From the IMG/VR virus record IMGVR_UViG_2061766007_000756: a stretch of DNA of 46,520 bases; one strand, given 5' to 3'. Numbering within the stretch: the first letter of the stretch is position 1; each line of letters opens with the position of its first letter. The position numbers and the translations under genes were made by a program. Of the stretch, positions 1 through 10,440 are shown one piece after another. Under the pieces are notes generated by a model. That model searched no databases, had not been told where the DNA came from, and saw only the letters and a program-made list of their open reading frames with translations. The stretch comes from an uncultured virus (IMG/VR IMGVR_UViG_2061766007_000756) (Duplodnaviria > Heunggongvirae > Uroviricota > Caudoviricetes).

Positions 1-294
1 AACAGGTTCTACTGGAACACAGAAAATATGCCATATATATCCCTCTTCATCCTTCACTGTGCCAATATAAGCACTATTCTTAATAACCTGCTCATCGCCA
101 CCGGTTAATTCCCAACCAGTGCCAACCTGATAAAAATCAAGTGCGCGGACCTCTTTTACCGCATCATCCAGCATTACATATACTACTGGTTTACCATACT
201 GCATTTTAACATTTAAAACCTGGCGAATGTGACCTTCACAATGCCCAGGAACTTCATATTTCCAAATTTTAACCACGTGCGCGAGCCCGTTCAT
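1..294 (-). CDS. Hypothetical phage protein, 3' end truncated by the window edge
   Basis: Hand-translated open frame from ATG 294 to position 1: MNGLAHVVKIWKYEVPG...QVGTGWEL...YIGTVKDEEGYIWHIFCVPVEPV. ATGA overlap with the stop of the upstream gene. No TAG. Confidence 0.75.
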   Translation of the reverse strand, partial: MNGLAHVVKIWKYEVPGHCEGHIRQVLNVKMQYGKPVVYVMLDDAVKEVRALDFYQVGTGWELTGGDEQVIKNSAYIGTVKDEEGYIWHIFCVPVEPV

Positions 295-467
295 GCGATT
301 GGTGAGGCGGGGTCATCTGCCTCTGCATTACTGGGGACTTCTCCTTTCATTTCATTTTGCCATTTTTCATAAATATGTTCAGCCCATTCATCTGCTATAG
401 CAGATACTCTACAACAGGCATAAAGAATCATAATTATAAATCCTAATGCTCCAATTATCATTATCAT
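291..467 (-). CDS. Small putative membrane protein (58 aa)
   Basis: MIMIIGALGFIIMILYACCRVSAIADEW..., hydrophobic N-terminus, ends TGA, directly downstream of the leftward promoter. Start codon uncertain. Confidence 0.55.
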   Translation of the reverse strand: MIMIIGALGFIIMILYACCRVSAIADEWAEHIYEKWQNEMKGEVPSNAEADDPASPIA

Positions 468-505
468 ATATTTATAACCATGTCCTTTTTATCTTTTCTA
501 AATAT

Positions 506-534
506 ATTATACCATAAAATTTTTTTACTGTCAA
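506..534 (-). promoter_or_regulatory. Leftward sigmaA/sigma70-type promoter
   Basis: Minus strand reads TTGACA (534-529), 17 nt, TATAAT (511-506), with a TGn extended -10. Confidence 0.85.
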
Positions 535-567
535 TTTTATGTCAAAATTGATACAGCCAAATGTGAC

Positions 568-596
568 TTGACGATTGGAAAAATTTTTAGTATAAT
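568..596 (+). promoter_or_regulatory. Rightward sigmaA/sigma70-type promoter
   Basis: TTGACG (568-573), 17 nt, TATAAT (591-596). GGAGG RBS at 606-610 before ATG 618. Confidence 0.85.
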
Positions 597-617
597 GTAG
601 GTAATGGAGGTGTAAAA

Positions 618-1627
618 ATGACCAAATTAGATTACACATTAGAATCTCCAGAAGAACGTTTAGCCTTAGTAAATAAGATTTTAGAGGAAACTCCGGACCC
701 GTCTCCGGCATATCTTGAAATCTTAGGTGATTATTTGGTTCTTTGTATGGAGAAGCAAGAGCGCAAAGAGCGTAAAATGCTTACAGAGAACCGTATGGCA
801 ACTATTAATAAACGAGAAACATCATTTGAAGGTCTCGTTTCCCAATTTGAGAATGGCGAAGATGGTATATATAATTTAATTACAGATAATAAGAATCAAA
901 TTTTTCAACCAAAGATTTCTATTACTAAAAAAGACTTAGAAGAAATTCCCTTTTTAAAACAAATAAAAGAAGCTATTGAGCTTTGGGAAAAGAAGTTAAA
1001 GACAGCAACAGGGCGTGATCGATTTATTATTAAAAAAGCTATTATCGATCTGCGCAAAGACCAATATGTAGTGAAAGACGCATATCGTAAACCAATAGTG
1101 TTTACAAATACAATGCGTAGTAAAAGCTATATTCCATTAGATGACTATGTAACATTTGACGAAGATGGATATTGCGTTCCACATGGTGTTTCATTTATTA
1201 ACCCTACGGTTTGTTCTGCAATATTATGCAACTACTCAAAATTGAAAGAAAATGGGTGGGGAAATTTTGAAGGTGATACATGGTATATGATGGAAGCCTT
1301 TGATGACCTGTGCGCCCGGACCTTAAAAGATTATCCACTCTATGAACAAATTGTTATTATGAAAATAGATGGGCGACAAAATATTGACATTCAAGCAGAA
1401 TTAGAAGCCCAATTTGGTATTAAGCATANNNNNNNNNNNNNNNNNNNNNNNNNNNNNNNNNNNNNNNNNNNNNNNNNNNNNNNNNNNNNNNNNNNNNNNN
1501 GGTCAAACTGGCTCATAATAAATATTTTTCTAAAAATAAAACTTCGAAAGATGGGTTTTACAGTATTTGCAAATGCTGTCGTAATAAGAAAAAGATTCCT
1601 TTGGACAAAATAGATAAAAAGAAATAA
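618..1627 (+). CDS. Putative DNA-binding/transcription factor with HTH-like segment and C-terminal Zn-ribbon
   Basis: ORF from 618 to the N gap. After the gap the plausible frame is VKLAHNKYFSKNKTSKDGFYSICKCCRNKKKIPLDKIDKKK, ending TAA 1625-1627. IVIMKIDGRQNIDIQAELEAQFG resembles a sigma region-4-like helix pair. Function is inferred. Confidence 0.55.
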
Positions 1628-1648
1628 ACTTACGTCTATAAAACATAG
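1601..1648 (+). promoter_or_regulatory. Candidate phage-specific late promoter motif, copy 1
   Basis: TTGGAC at 1601, TAG starting 45 nt later (1646), then the RBS of the first packaging gene. Same spacing at 18619 and 28824. Confidence 0.45.
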
Positions 1649-1662
1649 AGGAGGATATTTTT

Positions 1663-2848
1663 ATGGCAGNNNNNNNNNNNNNNNNNNNNNNNNNNNNNNN
1701 NNNNNNNNNNNGCCGAAGATTAGTTTTATACTTCAAATAATTTAGAAAAATATCCTGATGATGGTAAACTTCCTCAATGTAAAAAGTGCATTACAATGCA
1801 TGTGAATAATTGGGATCCAGCTACATATTTGTGGATTTTACAAGAAGTAGATGTGCCTTACATACCAGATGAATGGAATAAACTTATGGCAACATATGCT
1901 AAAGATAAATCTAAAGTGACTGGTATGACCATTTTAGGTAGATATTTATCTAAAATGAAGTTAAAACAATATAGAGACTATAGATGGAAAGATACAGAAT
2001 TTTTACAAGAACTCGCAAATAAGAAAATTGAAGAAACAATGAAGCGACAGGGTTATGATGCCGAGCAGATTACTACTGCAATTAATAAAGCGACATTTAC
2101 ATTGCCCGATGAAATTGCTGAACCTGTTTATCAAACCGAAGAAGAAAAAACAGAAGAGCTTGAAGATTATTTCGCTCAACAAAGTGGTGCCGATGATGAT
2201 GACCTGGGCGCAGAATTAACTGATGATGATAAAAAGTATCTTCGTTTGAAATGGGGTAAGGCATATAAACCAGAAGAGTGGATTGCACTTGAACAATTAT
2301 ATAATGATATGATGGAGTCTTATGATATTCAATCCGCTGGACATATTGATATTTTAAAGAAGTGTTGCAAGACTTCTCTAAAAGCTGACCAGCTTTTAGA
2401 CATCGGAGATGTCGAAGGCGCACAAAAAATGGTTAAAATGTACGATATGCTAATGAAATCTGGCAAATTCACTGCTGCACAGAATAAAGGAACATCTGGT
2501 GAAGCAGTTGATTCACTTGCTGAATTGTTTGCTATGTGCGAAGAGGATGGGTTCATCCCTAGATATTATGTCGATGGTCCACAAGATAAGGTTGACAGAA
2601 CTTTACAAGATTTACAAATGTATACTAAAAATCTCGTAGAAGAAGAAACCAATTTGAGTAGTTTAATTGAAAGTGCTATGAGACAAATTGAAAAGGATAA
2701 AGAGAAAGAAGCTGAAACAGATGCGGATGCCGCAAATGATGATGACCTTCTTGAACAAGAACTTTTTGAAGAAGAAGCACCAATTAATGATAAAGACTTT
2801 GCCGAATTTTCTGATTGGGAAGAGCAGGAAGAAGCGGAATCAAGTGAG
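1663..2848 (+). CDS. Putative terminase small subunit with N-terminal Cys motif (TAG recoded; stop lies in the N gap)
   Basis: RBS GAGGAGG, ATG 1663. After the gap: AED[TAG 1721]FYTSNNLEKYPDDGKLPQCKKCITMHVNNWDP, in frame with ORF 1796. Lies immediately upstream of terL. Acidic C-tail. Confidence 0.6.
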
Positions 2849-2874
2849 NNNNNNNNNNNNNNNNNNNNNNNNNN

Positions 2875-4614
2875 GCTCTTGCTGATTTACTTGATTTAAG
2901 CCAATCGCGCAGAAAAATTGGTATTTCTGACGAGCGCATTGCTGCAGTTAAACCAGTAGTTAGATAGTATATTGCCTACTGGAGAGAGTACCCTGATATG
3001 TTTGTAGATTTTTTACAAACTGGTAAAGATGGACAAATTCCAGATAATGGATTAAAGTTCTATTTTTATCAAAGGGTATTTTTACGTGCGGCGATGCGCT
3101 ATAAATATGTATACATGGTCTTCCCACGTGCATACTCAAAATCATTTTTATCGGTATTGGTATTAATGTGTCGCTGTATTCTTTATCCAAGATGTAAATT
3201 ATTTGTTACTTCTGGTGGTAAGGAACAAGCTGCGGGTATTGTAAAAGAAAAAGTAAATGAATTATGTACATTGGTTCCAGCACTTGAAAGAGAGCTTGAC
3301 TTGCGGCCAGGTAAAACTCGGTAGAGCAAGGACTATTGCATCTTCGTGTTTAAGAATGGCTCTTACTTTGATAATATTGCGGCCAGAGAAACTTCTCGTG
3401 GTAAGCGTCGTCATGNNNNNNNNNNNNNNNNNNNNNNNNNNNNNNNNNNNNNNNNNATTATTCCTACAATGAATGTTTCTCGTTTGTGTATGGATGGTAC
3501 TTCACATCCAGAGGAAACTTTAAATAAGAGTCAAATATTTGTTACTACTGCTGGATGGAAAGGAACATTTGCATATGATAAATTAATAGTGTTCCTTGTG
3601 CGTATGGTTACTGAGCCTGATAAAGCGTTTATTATGGGCGGTACTTGGCGCATTCCAGTATTGGTTAAACTGTTGGATAAAAACTTTTTATAGGATTTGA
3701 AAAATGATGGGACATACAATGAGGCTTCATTTAGTCGTGAATATGAAAGTAAATGGTCCGGAACTGTTGAAGATGCTTATTTCAATGGCGAGCAGTTTGA
3801 CCGTAATCGCATACTTAAACAGCCAGAATATGAGCACTCTGGCCGATCAAGTGCGCGAAGCTACTATATCATCTCTGCCGATATTGGTAGAAAAGGTTGT
3901 GACTCCGTAGCTACAGTATTTAAAGTAACTCCACAGACTGTTGGATCTGCAATAAAATCTTTGGTCAATATTGATACAAGGAATGATGAGCATTTTGAAA
4001 ATTAGGCGATATGGTTGAAAAAGTTGTATTATAAATATAAAGCACGCAGGCTGGTAATCGACGGTAATGGCGTTGGTTTAGGCTTAATTGACTATATGAT
4101 TAAGCCGCAAGTTGACCCAGATACCGGGGATGATTATCCGGATTTCGGTATTTATGGTGGTACTCAAGATGATGCTGCGCAAGAATATAAGAAATATCGC
4201 ACTAATTCTACTGAACAAGATGCTATATATATTATGAAAGCAAATGCGCCAATCAATACTGAGGCGCACAGTAATGCGTTAGTACAATTGTCTTCTGGTC
4301 GAGTAAAAATGCTTCAAGACGAACGTATTGCTAAACAAAAATTGTTAGGCACAAAAGTTGGTATGAATATGACACCTGAACAGAGGGCAGATTATTTAAA
4401 ACCATTTACCCTAACTTCCATATTAAAAGAAGAAATGATGAATCTCCGTGAAGAAAATGAAGGAGTTAACATTATTTTAAAACAAGCTAATAAAAGCATC
4501 AAGAAAGATAAATTCTCTGCTTTTGAATATGGTTTATATTATATAAAAGAAGAAGAAGAAAGCAAAAAGAAGAAGAAACGCTTTAATGCTAAAGATTGGA
4601 GATTTTATAATTAA
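2875..4614 (+). CDS. terL: Terminase large subunit (start in N gap; 4 in-frame TAG)
   Basis: One frame through TAG at 2965, 3322, 3691 and 4003, ending TAA. ATPase motifs FPRAYSKSF, SGGKEQA, RGKRRH, FVTTAG. Nuclease motifs IISADIGRKGCDS, VIDGNGVG, KDKFSAFEYGL. Confidence 0.92.
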
Positions 4615-4625
4615 GGAGGTATATT

Positions 4626-4982
4626 ATGAGAGCATCAAGAGGAGAAATTAAAATTGAGGAAATTTTAAAAGAAGCTGGATTGATTTTTAAAGAAGAATAT
4701 ATCTTCCCAGATTTAAAAAGTCCAAGGGGCGTTCCACTTCGTTTTGATTTTGTTGTTTTTGATGATGATGGTAATATAGATTTTATTATTGAATATCAAG
4801 GAAAGCAACATTATGAACCTTCTGCCAAATTTGGTGGAGCAAAAGGATTTTATCAACAACAATATAATGATACGCAAAAAAGAAGATTTTGCGCTCTTCA
4901 TGATTTTAAATTGATAGAAATCCCTTATACAGAAGAGAATGAAATTTCTTATGATTATATTATGCATAAAGCTGGATATTAA
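4626..4982 (+). CDS. PD-(D/E)xK-fold (Vsr/DUF559-like) endonuclease
   Basis: SRGEIKIEEIL...LRFDFVV...IIEYQGKQHY...LIEIPY motif series. AAGGAGG RBS, TAA stop, no TAG. Confidence 0.75.
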   Translation: MRASRGEIKIEEILKEAGLIFKEEYIFPDLKSPRGVPLRFDFVVFDDDGNIDFIIEYQGKQHYEPSAKFGGAKGFYQQQYNDTQKRRFCALHDFKLIEIPYTEENEISYDYIMHKAGY

Positions 4983-4994
4983 GGAGGTAATATA

Positions 4995-6752
4995 ATGCAA
5001 GATCAACCAAAAGATCGTCAAACTCTTATTAGAGAAAAAGGGTTTGATATGCTAAATGCACCTTCTTCTGCGTCTGCAATTGAAAATTATGTGAAATTAA
5101 AGCTTGGACCAAAGGCTTACGATAATGCGGTTTTAGATTTACATTATTATGATAAGCTTGATAGAAGAGATTTTCATAATAAAGAATATGTAATTTAGGC
5201 TTTAATTGATAATAACATCCCGCTTTTAAGAGATATTTCTCGCTATTTTTATAGAACAAATGGTATTTACCAAAAGATAGTAAATTACTTTGCCACAACT
5301 TATCGTTATGATTGGTATATGGTACCAGAAATGAAGACTGAGGCATCAATTAGTGAAAATAAAATTATTGCTGATTTTACTAAAACATTAAATTTCTTTG
5401 ATGCTTCTCATATTAAAAAACTTTGTGGTGAGTTTGCGCTCAATGTAATTCGAGATGGTATTTACTATGGATATGCCTATGAAGGGGAAGATAGAATTCT
5501 GATTCAGGATTTACCATTTAGATATTGTCGTTCAAGATTTAAAATTAATGGTGTTCCTNNNNNNNNNNNNNNNNNNNNNNNNNNNNNNNNNNNNNNNNNN
5601 NNNNNNNNNNNNNNNNNNNNNNNNNNNNNNNNNNNNNNNNNNNNNNNNNNNNNNNNNNNNNNNNNNNNNNNNNNNNNNNNNNNNNNNNNNATGCGAGTGC
5701 TTGATTTGTTTCCACCAGAATTTAAAAAAGGTTATTTATTATATAAGCAAGGTAAATTACCAGTTGACGATCCTTTATTGACTATTAATGAACCAGCCAA
5801 NNNNNNNNNNTAAAGGACGTTGGTATTTGCTGGAGCCAGGCTGCGCATTTACATTTTCATTTTTTGGCTCTCATGGATTGCCTTTATTTGTAAATGCCAT
5901 TCCTGCGCTTATTGATTTAGATATGACCCAAGGNNNNNNNNNNNNNNNNNNNNNNNNNNNNNNTTGAAGATTATTGTTCAAAAATTACCGCTTGATAAAA
6001 ATGGTGATTTAATCTTTGACGTTGATGAAGCGCGTGATATTCATAATAATGCTGTGGAAATGCTGCGTAATGCTATTGGTGTTGATGTTTTAACAACTTT
6101 TGCAGATATTGAAGGAATTGATGTTTCTGATGCAAATGCTACAGTTACTGATGATTCTTTAAATAATGCTGAGCGCACTGTTTATAATGCGTTAGGTACT
6201 TCAAAGAATATTTTCAATACTGAAGGTAACTTAGCTTTGGAAAAATCTGTTCTTGCGGATGAAGGATCTTTAAGAGATCTAATTCTCCAATTTGAAATTT
6301 TATTTGATACTATTGCACAAAAGCGTAGTGTTAATAAAAAGAAGTGGAATTTTAGATTTTATATGCTTCATACTACGCAGAATAATTATCAAGCATTATC
6401 AAAATTATATAAAGAGCAAACCCAAGTTGGTTTCTCAAAAATGTTGCCTCAGATTGCTCTTGGTCAGAGCCAAAGCTTCATTTTGAATACTGTATTGTTT
6501 GAAAATGAAGTGTTACACTTGAGTGAGATTATGATTCCTCCACTTATGTCATCTACTATGAATGCAGAAACGCTGCAAGAGTTAGGGAATAGAAAAACTG
6601 GTGGAAATCAAAATCAACAAAATGGAAATTAGAATTTGGGCAATACCAGTCAAACTAAAACCAATGAAAGTCAAGGTACTACGGGAAGACCAAGTAAGGA
6701 AGCTGACCAATTAAGTGACAAAACAATTAAAAATAAAGAATCAATGAGTTAA
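4995..6752 (+). CDS. Portal protein (TAG recoded, N gaps)
   Basis: AAGGAGG RBS. Reads through TAG 5196 (EYVI*ALIDNNIPLLRDISRYFYRTNGIY) and TAG 6630 to GRPSKEADQLSDKTIKNKESMS, TAA 6750-6752. Position after terL, ~580 codons, C-terminal GRP motif common in portals. Confidence 0.8.
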
Positions 6753-6764
6753 GGGAGGATAAGG

Positions 6765-8102
6765 ATGAATACAAGTATTAAGTTAAATACTCCTTGTGAA
6801 TTAATCAATGTGGTTCCTTTGAATCCTTTGATTTCAAAATGCCAAATTAAGGTATGCTATGTTGGCGATCAGCCAAATAGAAATAAAAGTATTATAACCA
6901 AAGAAGTCGCCAAGGAAATGGCCAATTCACTTCCTGGAAGTCCTATTGTAGGTTTTTACAATGAGGCTTCAGCTGACTTCGAAGAGCATAATCGAATTAT
7001 TAAAATTTCAAATGGTAGTTTAAAATTTGAAGATACAACAAGACCTTATGGTTTTGTAGATATGAATGCACGTGTCTGGTTCTAGGATTATTTAGACGGT
7101 GATACAGTGCATACATATATGGTAACTGAAGGTTACTTATGGACTGGACAATATCCAGAAGCAAAAAGAATAATCGAAAAAGGAAATAATCACTCAATGG
7201 AGTTAGATGAACAAAGTTTAGATGGTTCTTGGACATATGACGATAAGAGTGGTATGGAATTTTTCATTATAAATGACGCAATATTCTCTAAATTATGTAT
7301 CTTAGGTGACGATGTTGAGCCTTGCTTTGAAGGCGCGCAAATCACGAAATTTTCATTAGACGATGAATTTAATAATAAAATTTATGCTTTAATGAAAGAG
7401 GTTAAAAAATTGAAAGGAGAGGACAATACAGTGGAAGATATCAAGAAACCCGAAGAGGAAATGATTGATCCTGTTGAAGAAGCAAAGGATCCTGTTTCTG
7501 AGGAAGGAACTGAAGAAGTTGAGGAAGATACTCCTGCTGGCGCTCCTGAAGATGAGCCTGTTGAAGCTGAAGGCGAAAAAGACGATCCTGCGCAGGAAGT
7601 AGACCCTGTTGAAGAGCCTGCGGACGGCGACCCACAAGAGGAAGAAGAGTCTGAAGAGAAAGCCGATGAAGAAGAAAATAAGGACGAAGGCGTTCAATTC
7701 AGTTTAACAGATTTTCAAAATCTACAGGAGAATTATGCAAATCTCGAATCAAGATTTAATGAACTTCAAACTCAGTATAATGAAATGAAGGAATCTTATG
7801 ATTCACTTGTTGAATTCAAGAATACTAAGGATAGAGAAGATAAGCAAAACATGATTGATAGTTTTTATATGTTGAGTGACGAAGAAAAGAAAGACGTCCA
7901 AGACAATATTGATCAGTATTCTCTTGACGAGATTGAAGCTAAGCTTTCTGTCATTTGCGTACACAATAAATTAGATTTATCTGGTAAAGCAAATGATGAA
8001 AATAATCCCGGCACTACATTTAATTTAGATAGTGTAGATGACGATTCCGAGGATGACATTCCAGCATTAGTCAGCGTTCTTCGGAAGAATAGAAAAAATT
8101 GA
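6765..8102 (+). CDS. Prohead protease/scaffold protein (445 aa)
   Basis: ORFs 6765 and 7107 join in frame across TAG 7083 (RVWF*DYLDG), ending TGA. N-terminal globular domain (NRNKS, HSMEL, LCILG, EPCFEGA), acidic linker, coiled coil. Lies between portal and capsid genes. Confidence 0.75.
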
Positions 8103-8125
8103 AAAATTGATAGGAGGAAATATTG

Positions 8126-8812
8126 ATGGCTAAGACACGTTTAGGTAAGGCTACATTTGTAGAGCGTGGATATGGTCAAGTTGAGCCAAATCATCTTTCA
8201 GCTCAGAGAACTGGCCAAGTATATGCCCAGCTTCCTGCCGATCCAGAAATCGAACTCCTGGAGAATGGTCAGTTCGTAAAATATGACTATGCTAAAGGTG
8301 TTGTTGATTTTGATGGTGAAGGCGAATGGATGTTAGTCTTCAATGAAGTAAAAGTCTATCGTGATGGTCAATCCGATTGCGACTTCGCAATGATTAAAGA
8401 TAATTATGTTGCTCGTATTTATAGCCCTATTGATGGTGAAAAGCTTGACAAGCAACTAACTCAGCCTAGAGATTATTCTAAGGTTGTTACTCCCGCAGAT
8501 CCTTATGAGATCGATTCTACTAATAATCCTTTTGCCGCATTATATGATTATAATGGACCAAAGAAGATGAAAGAAAATACCAAGATGGTTCCTCGTGTTT
8601 TGAAGACCAATGTTGGTGATATTTATACTACAAACTGCTTAATGGCTGATTTAGCAAATCCTCCAGCTATTGGTGCTCCTTTCCATGTAGGAGATGAGGG
8701 TTACCTTGTTGCTGGCGCCGGTGAGGGTGGAGTTGATCCTACTTTCCAGGTTGTTAAGGTTTATGATCTTGGTGATCGTCAAAAAGCTGTTAAGTTAATG
8801 AGAATTAACTAA
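8126..8812 (+). CDS. Capsid-associated (decoration/cement-like) protein
   Basis: AGGAGG RBS, no TAG, located between scaffold and major capsid genes. Function from synteny. Confidence 0.55.
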   Translation: MAKTRLGKATFVERGYGQVEPNHLSAQRTGQVYAQLPADPEIELLENGQFVKYDYAKGVVDFDGEGEWMLVFNEVKVYRDGQSDCDFAMIKDNYVARIYSPIDGEKLDKQLTQPRDYSKVVTPADPYEIDSTNNPFAALYDYNGPKKMKENTKMVPRVLKTNVGDIYTTNCLMADLANPPAIGAPFHVGDEGYLVAGAGEGGVDPTFQVVKVYDLGDRQKAVKLMRIN

Positions 8813-8829
8813 TGAAAGGAGAAAAAGCT

Positions 8830-9966
8830 ATGTTATTAAAGACTGAAGATTTTGTAAAGCTTGCAAAGATTGCGGCCAAAGCTAACGCTTCTTCTCCTGT
8901 TGCTTATAGTTTCAATGGAGAAAACTTTAGCTATAATGATGTTCAGGAGACCTTACGTAAGCAATTCGCAGAATTAGCTCCTGATTATCGTTCATACAGA
9001 GAAAATAAGAACACTATTTTCCGTATTATTGAAGAAACTCTTTCCGAAGTTGTTCCAGAAAGAATTAAACAGAACTATGAACAGTTCGCAGAAGTAAAGC
9101 ACTATGCTCAAGGCGACAAGCCTATTTTCCGTCGTAAAACCAACGCTCGCAGTGGCGCACGTGGCAAACAGTTCATTACCCGTGTTGGTTTGGCTGGTAT
9201 TTACGAAGTTTGGAAGCTTGGTTCTGCACAAGAGAGCTTTGAAGTTCCTACATCTGCAATCGGCGGTGCCGCTCAGATCGGATTCGAAGAATTCCTTGAT
9301 GGTCGTGTAGACTGGGCTGAATTAGTAAATATCGTTTATGAAGCCATTGATGAACTCGTATATGAGGAAATCGGTGAAGCTCTTGCAGAAGGTATCAATC
9401 AACTTCCAGCTGCTCACAAGGTGGTTGCCGCTGGTTTTGATGAAGCTGCTTTTGATGCTATGCTAAATTCTGCTAAGATGTATGGTAATGTTACCATTTA
9501 CTGCACAAACGAATTTGCTGTTAAGATGATCCCACAGGAAGCTTGGAGATACACCGAGGCTATGAAGGATGAATTATATCGTACTGGTAAGCTTGCTGGC
9601 TACAAGGGCGAGAAGATCGTTATCCTTCCAAACCAATACAAGAATGCTTTCGAGCAGGTTAAGGTCCTTGATCCAAGTCTTTGCTGGATTATTCCTTCTT
9701 CTGCCGATCAAAAGCCTGTAAAAGTTGCTTTCGAAGGCGACCTATATACAAATGAATTTGAAAACTATGACTGGTCTCATGATATTCACGTATATGAGAA
9801 GGTCGGTGTTGTTTGCATGATGGATAATGCTATTCATGTATACAAAGATACCAGCCTGAGCCAGAATGGCGTATTTAATCTTAAGGATACTGTCGCTCAT
9901 CATGTTATCGTTGATAACATTGCTGACGCAAATGGTGGATCGAACTCGGGAAACCAGCAGCCGTAA
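8830..9966 (+). CDS. Major capsid protein (378 aa)
   Basis: AAAGGAG RBS before ATG 8830. Size, position and codon bias typical of high expression. No TAG. Followed by a frameshift extension and a terminator. Confidence 0.85.
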   Translation: MLLKTEDFVKLAKIAAKANASSPVAYSFNGENFSYNDVQETLRKQFAELAPDYRSYRENKNTIFRIIEETLSEVVPERIKQNYEQFAEVKHYAQGDKPIFRRKTNARSGARGKQFITRVGLAGIYEVWKLGSAQESFEVPTSAIGGAAQIGFEEFLDGRVDWAELVNIVYEAIDELVYEEIGEALAEGINQLPAAHKVVAAGFDEAAFDAMLNSAKMYGNVTIYCTNEFAVKMIPQEAWRYTEAMKDELYRTGKLAGYKGEKIVILPNQYKNAFEQVKVLDPSLCWIIPSSADQKPVKVAFEGDLYTNEFENYDWSHDIHVYEKVGVVCMMDNAIHVYKDTSLSQNGVFNLKDTVAHHVIVDNIADANGGSNSGNQQP

Positions 9967-9987
9967 CAGCAAGTAAGCTTGCTACCG
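9948..9987 (+). promoter_or_regulatory. Programmed -1 ribosomal frameshift signal
   Basis: G GGA AAC heptamer (9948-9954) in the capsid frame, followed by hairpin AGCAAG-TAAG-CTTGCT. Both are conserved in the copy at 11238. Confidence 0.8.
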
Positions 9988-10343
9988 CACCTAATGATGC
10001 CAATAAGACTCAGTCTCAGGCCAATCAGGATGCTGTTACAGTAACACAAAATGGTAATACTATTACCATTACCGGTAGCCTTGATGCATTGAATAGTTTT
10101 GCTTCTACAAATCCTGCACAAGGCAGTGGTAAGTGGATTGGTTTAGATTTAAATACTGGACTTGACACCATTGTTGGTTCTACATGGGGAGATTCTTATG
10201 AATTAACTCAAGATGATGCTGATGAAGCAGCTTCTGTAGGACTAGGTGCTGGCCATATTATTTTCTGGACCAAGGCCGAAGATTTACCAAAAACCATTAA
10301 GGTAAATGGTGAATCCTACACTGTTGAATTTGTTGAAGGCTAA
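9948..10343 (+). CDS. -1 frame C-terminal extension of the major capsid protein (~130 aa)
   Basis: Open from GGG AAA CCA GCA GCC GTA ACA... to TAA 10343, in frame with ORF 10089. No ATG or RBS of its own. Confidence 0.78.
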   Translation, partial: GKPAAVTASKLATAPNDANKTQSQANQDAVTVTQNGNTITITGSLDALNSFASTNPAQGSGKWIGLDLNTGLDTIVGSTWGDSYELTQDDADEAASVGLGAGHIIFWTKAEDLPKTIKVNGESYTVEFVEG

Positions 10344-10376
10344 TTCATAATTGTTAATTTAATATACTTTTGAGAT

Positions 10377-10418
10377 AGGGGAGAATGGGGAAGTTCCCCT
10401 TCTCCCCTTATTTTGTTT
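10377..10418 (+). terminator. Rho-independent terminator after the capsid extension
   Basis: AGGGGAGAA-t-GGGGA agt TCCCC-TTCTCCCCT stem, then TATTTTGTTT. Confidence 0.8.
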
Positions 10419-10440
10419 ATGAGAAAAAGGAGAAATTGAA

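Noticed and set aside
6636..6683. Fourth copy of the TTGGnC motif in the portal 3' end
   Set aside because: TTGGGCAA is present, but the TAG at +45 and the T-rich block are missing.
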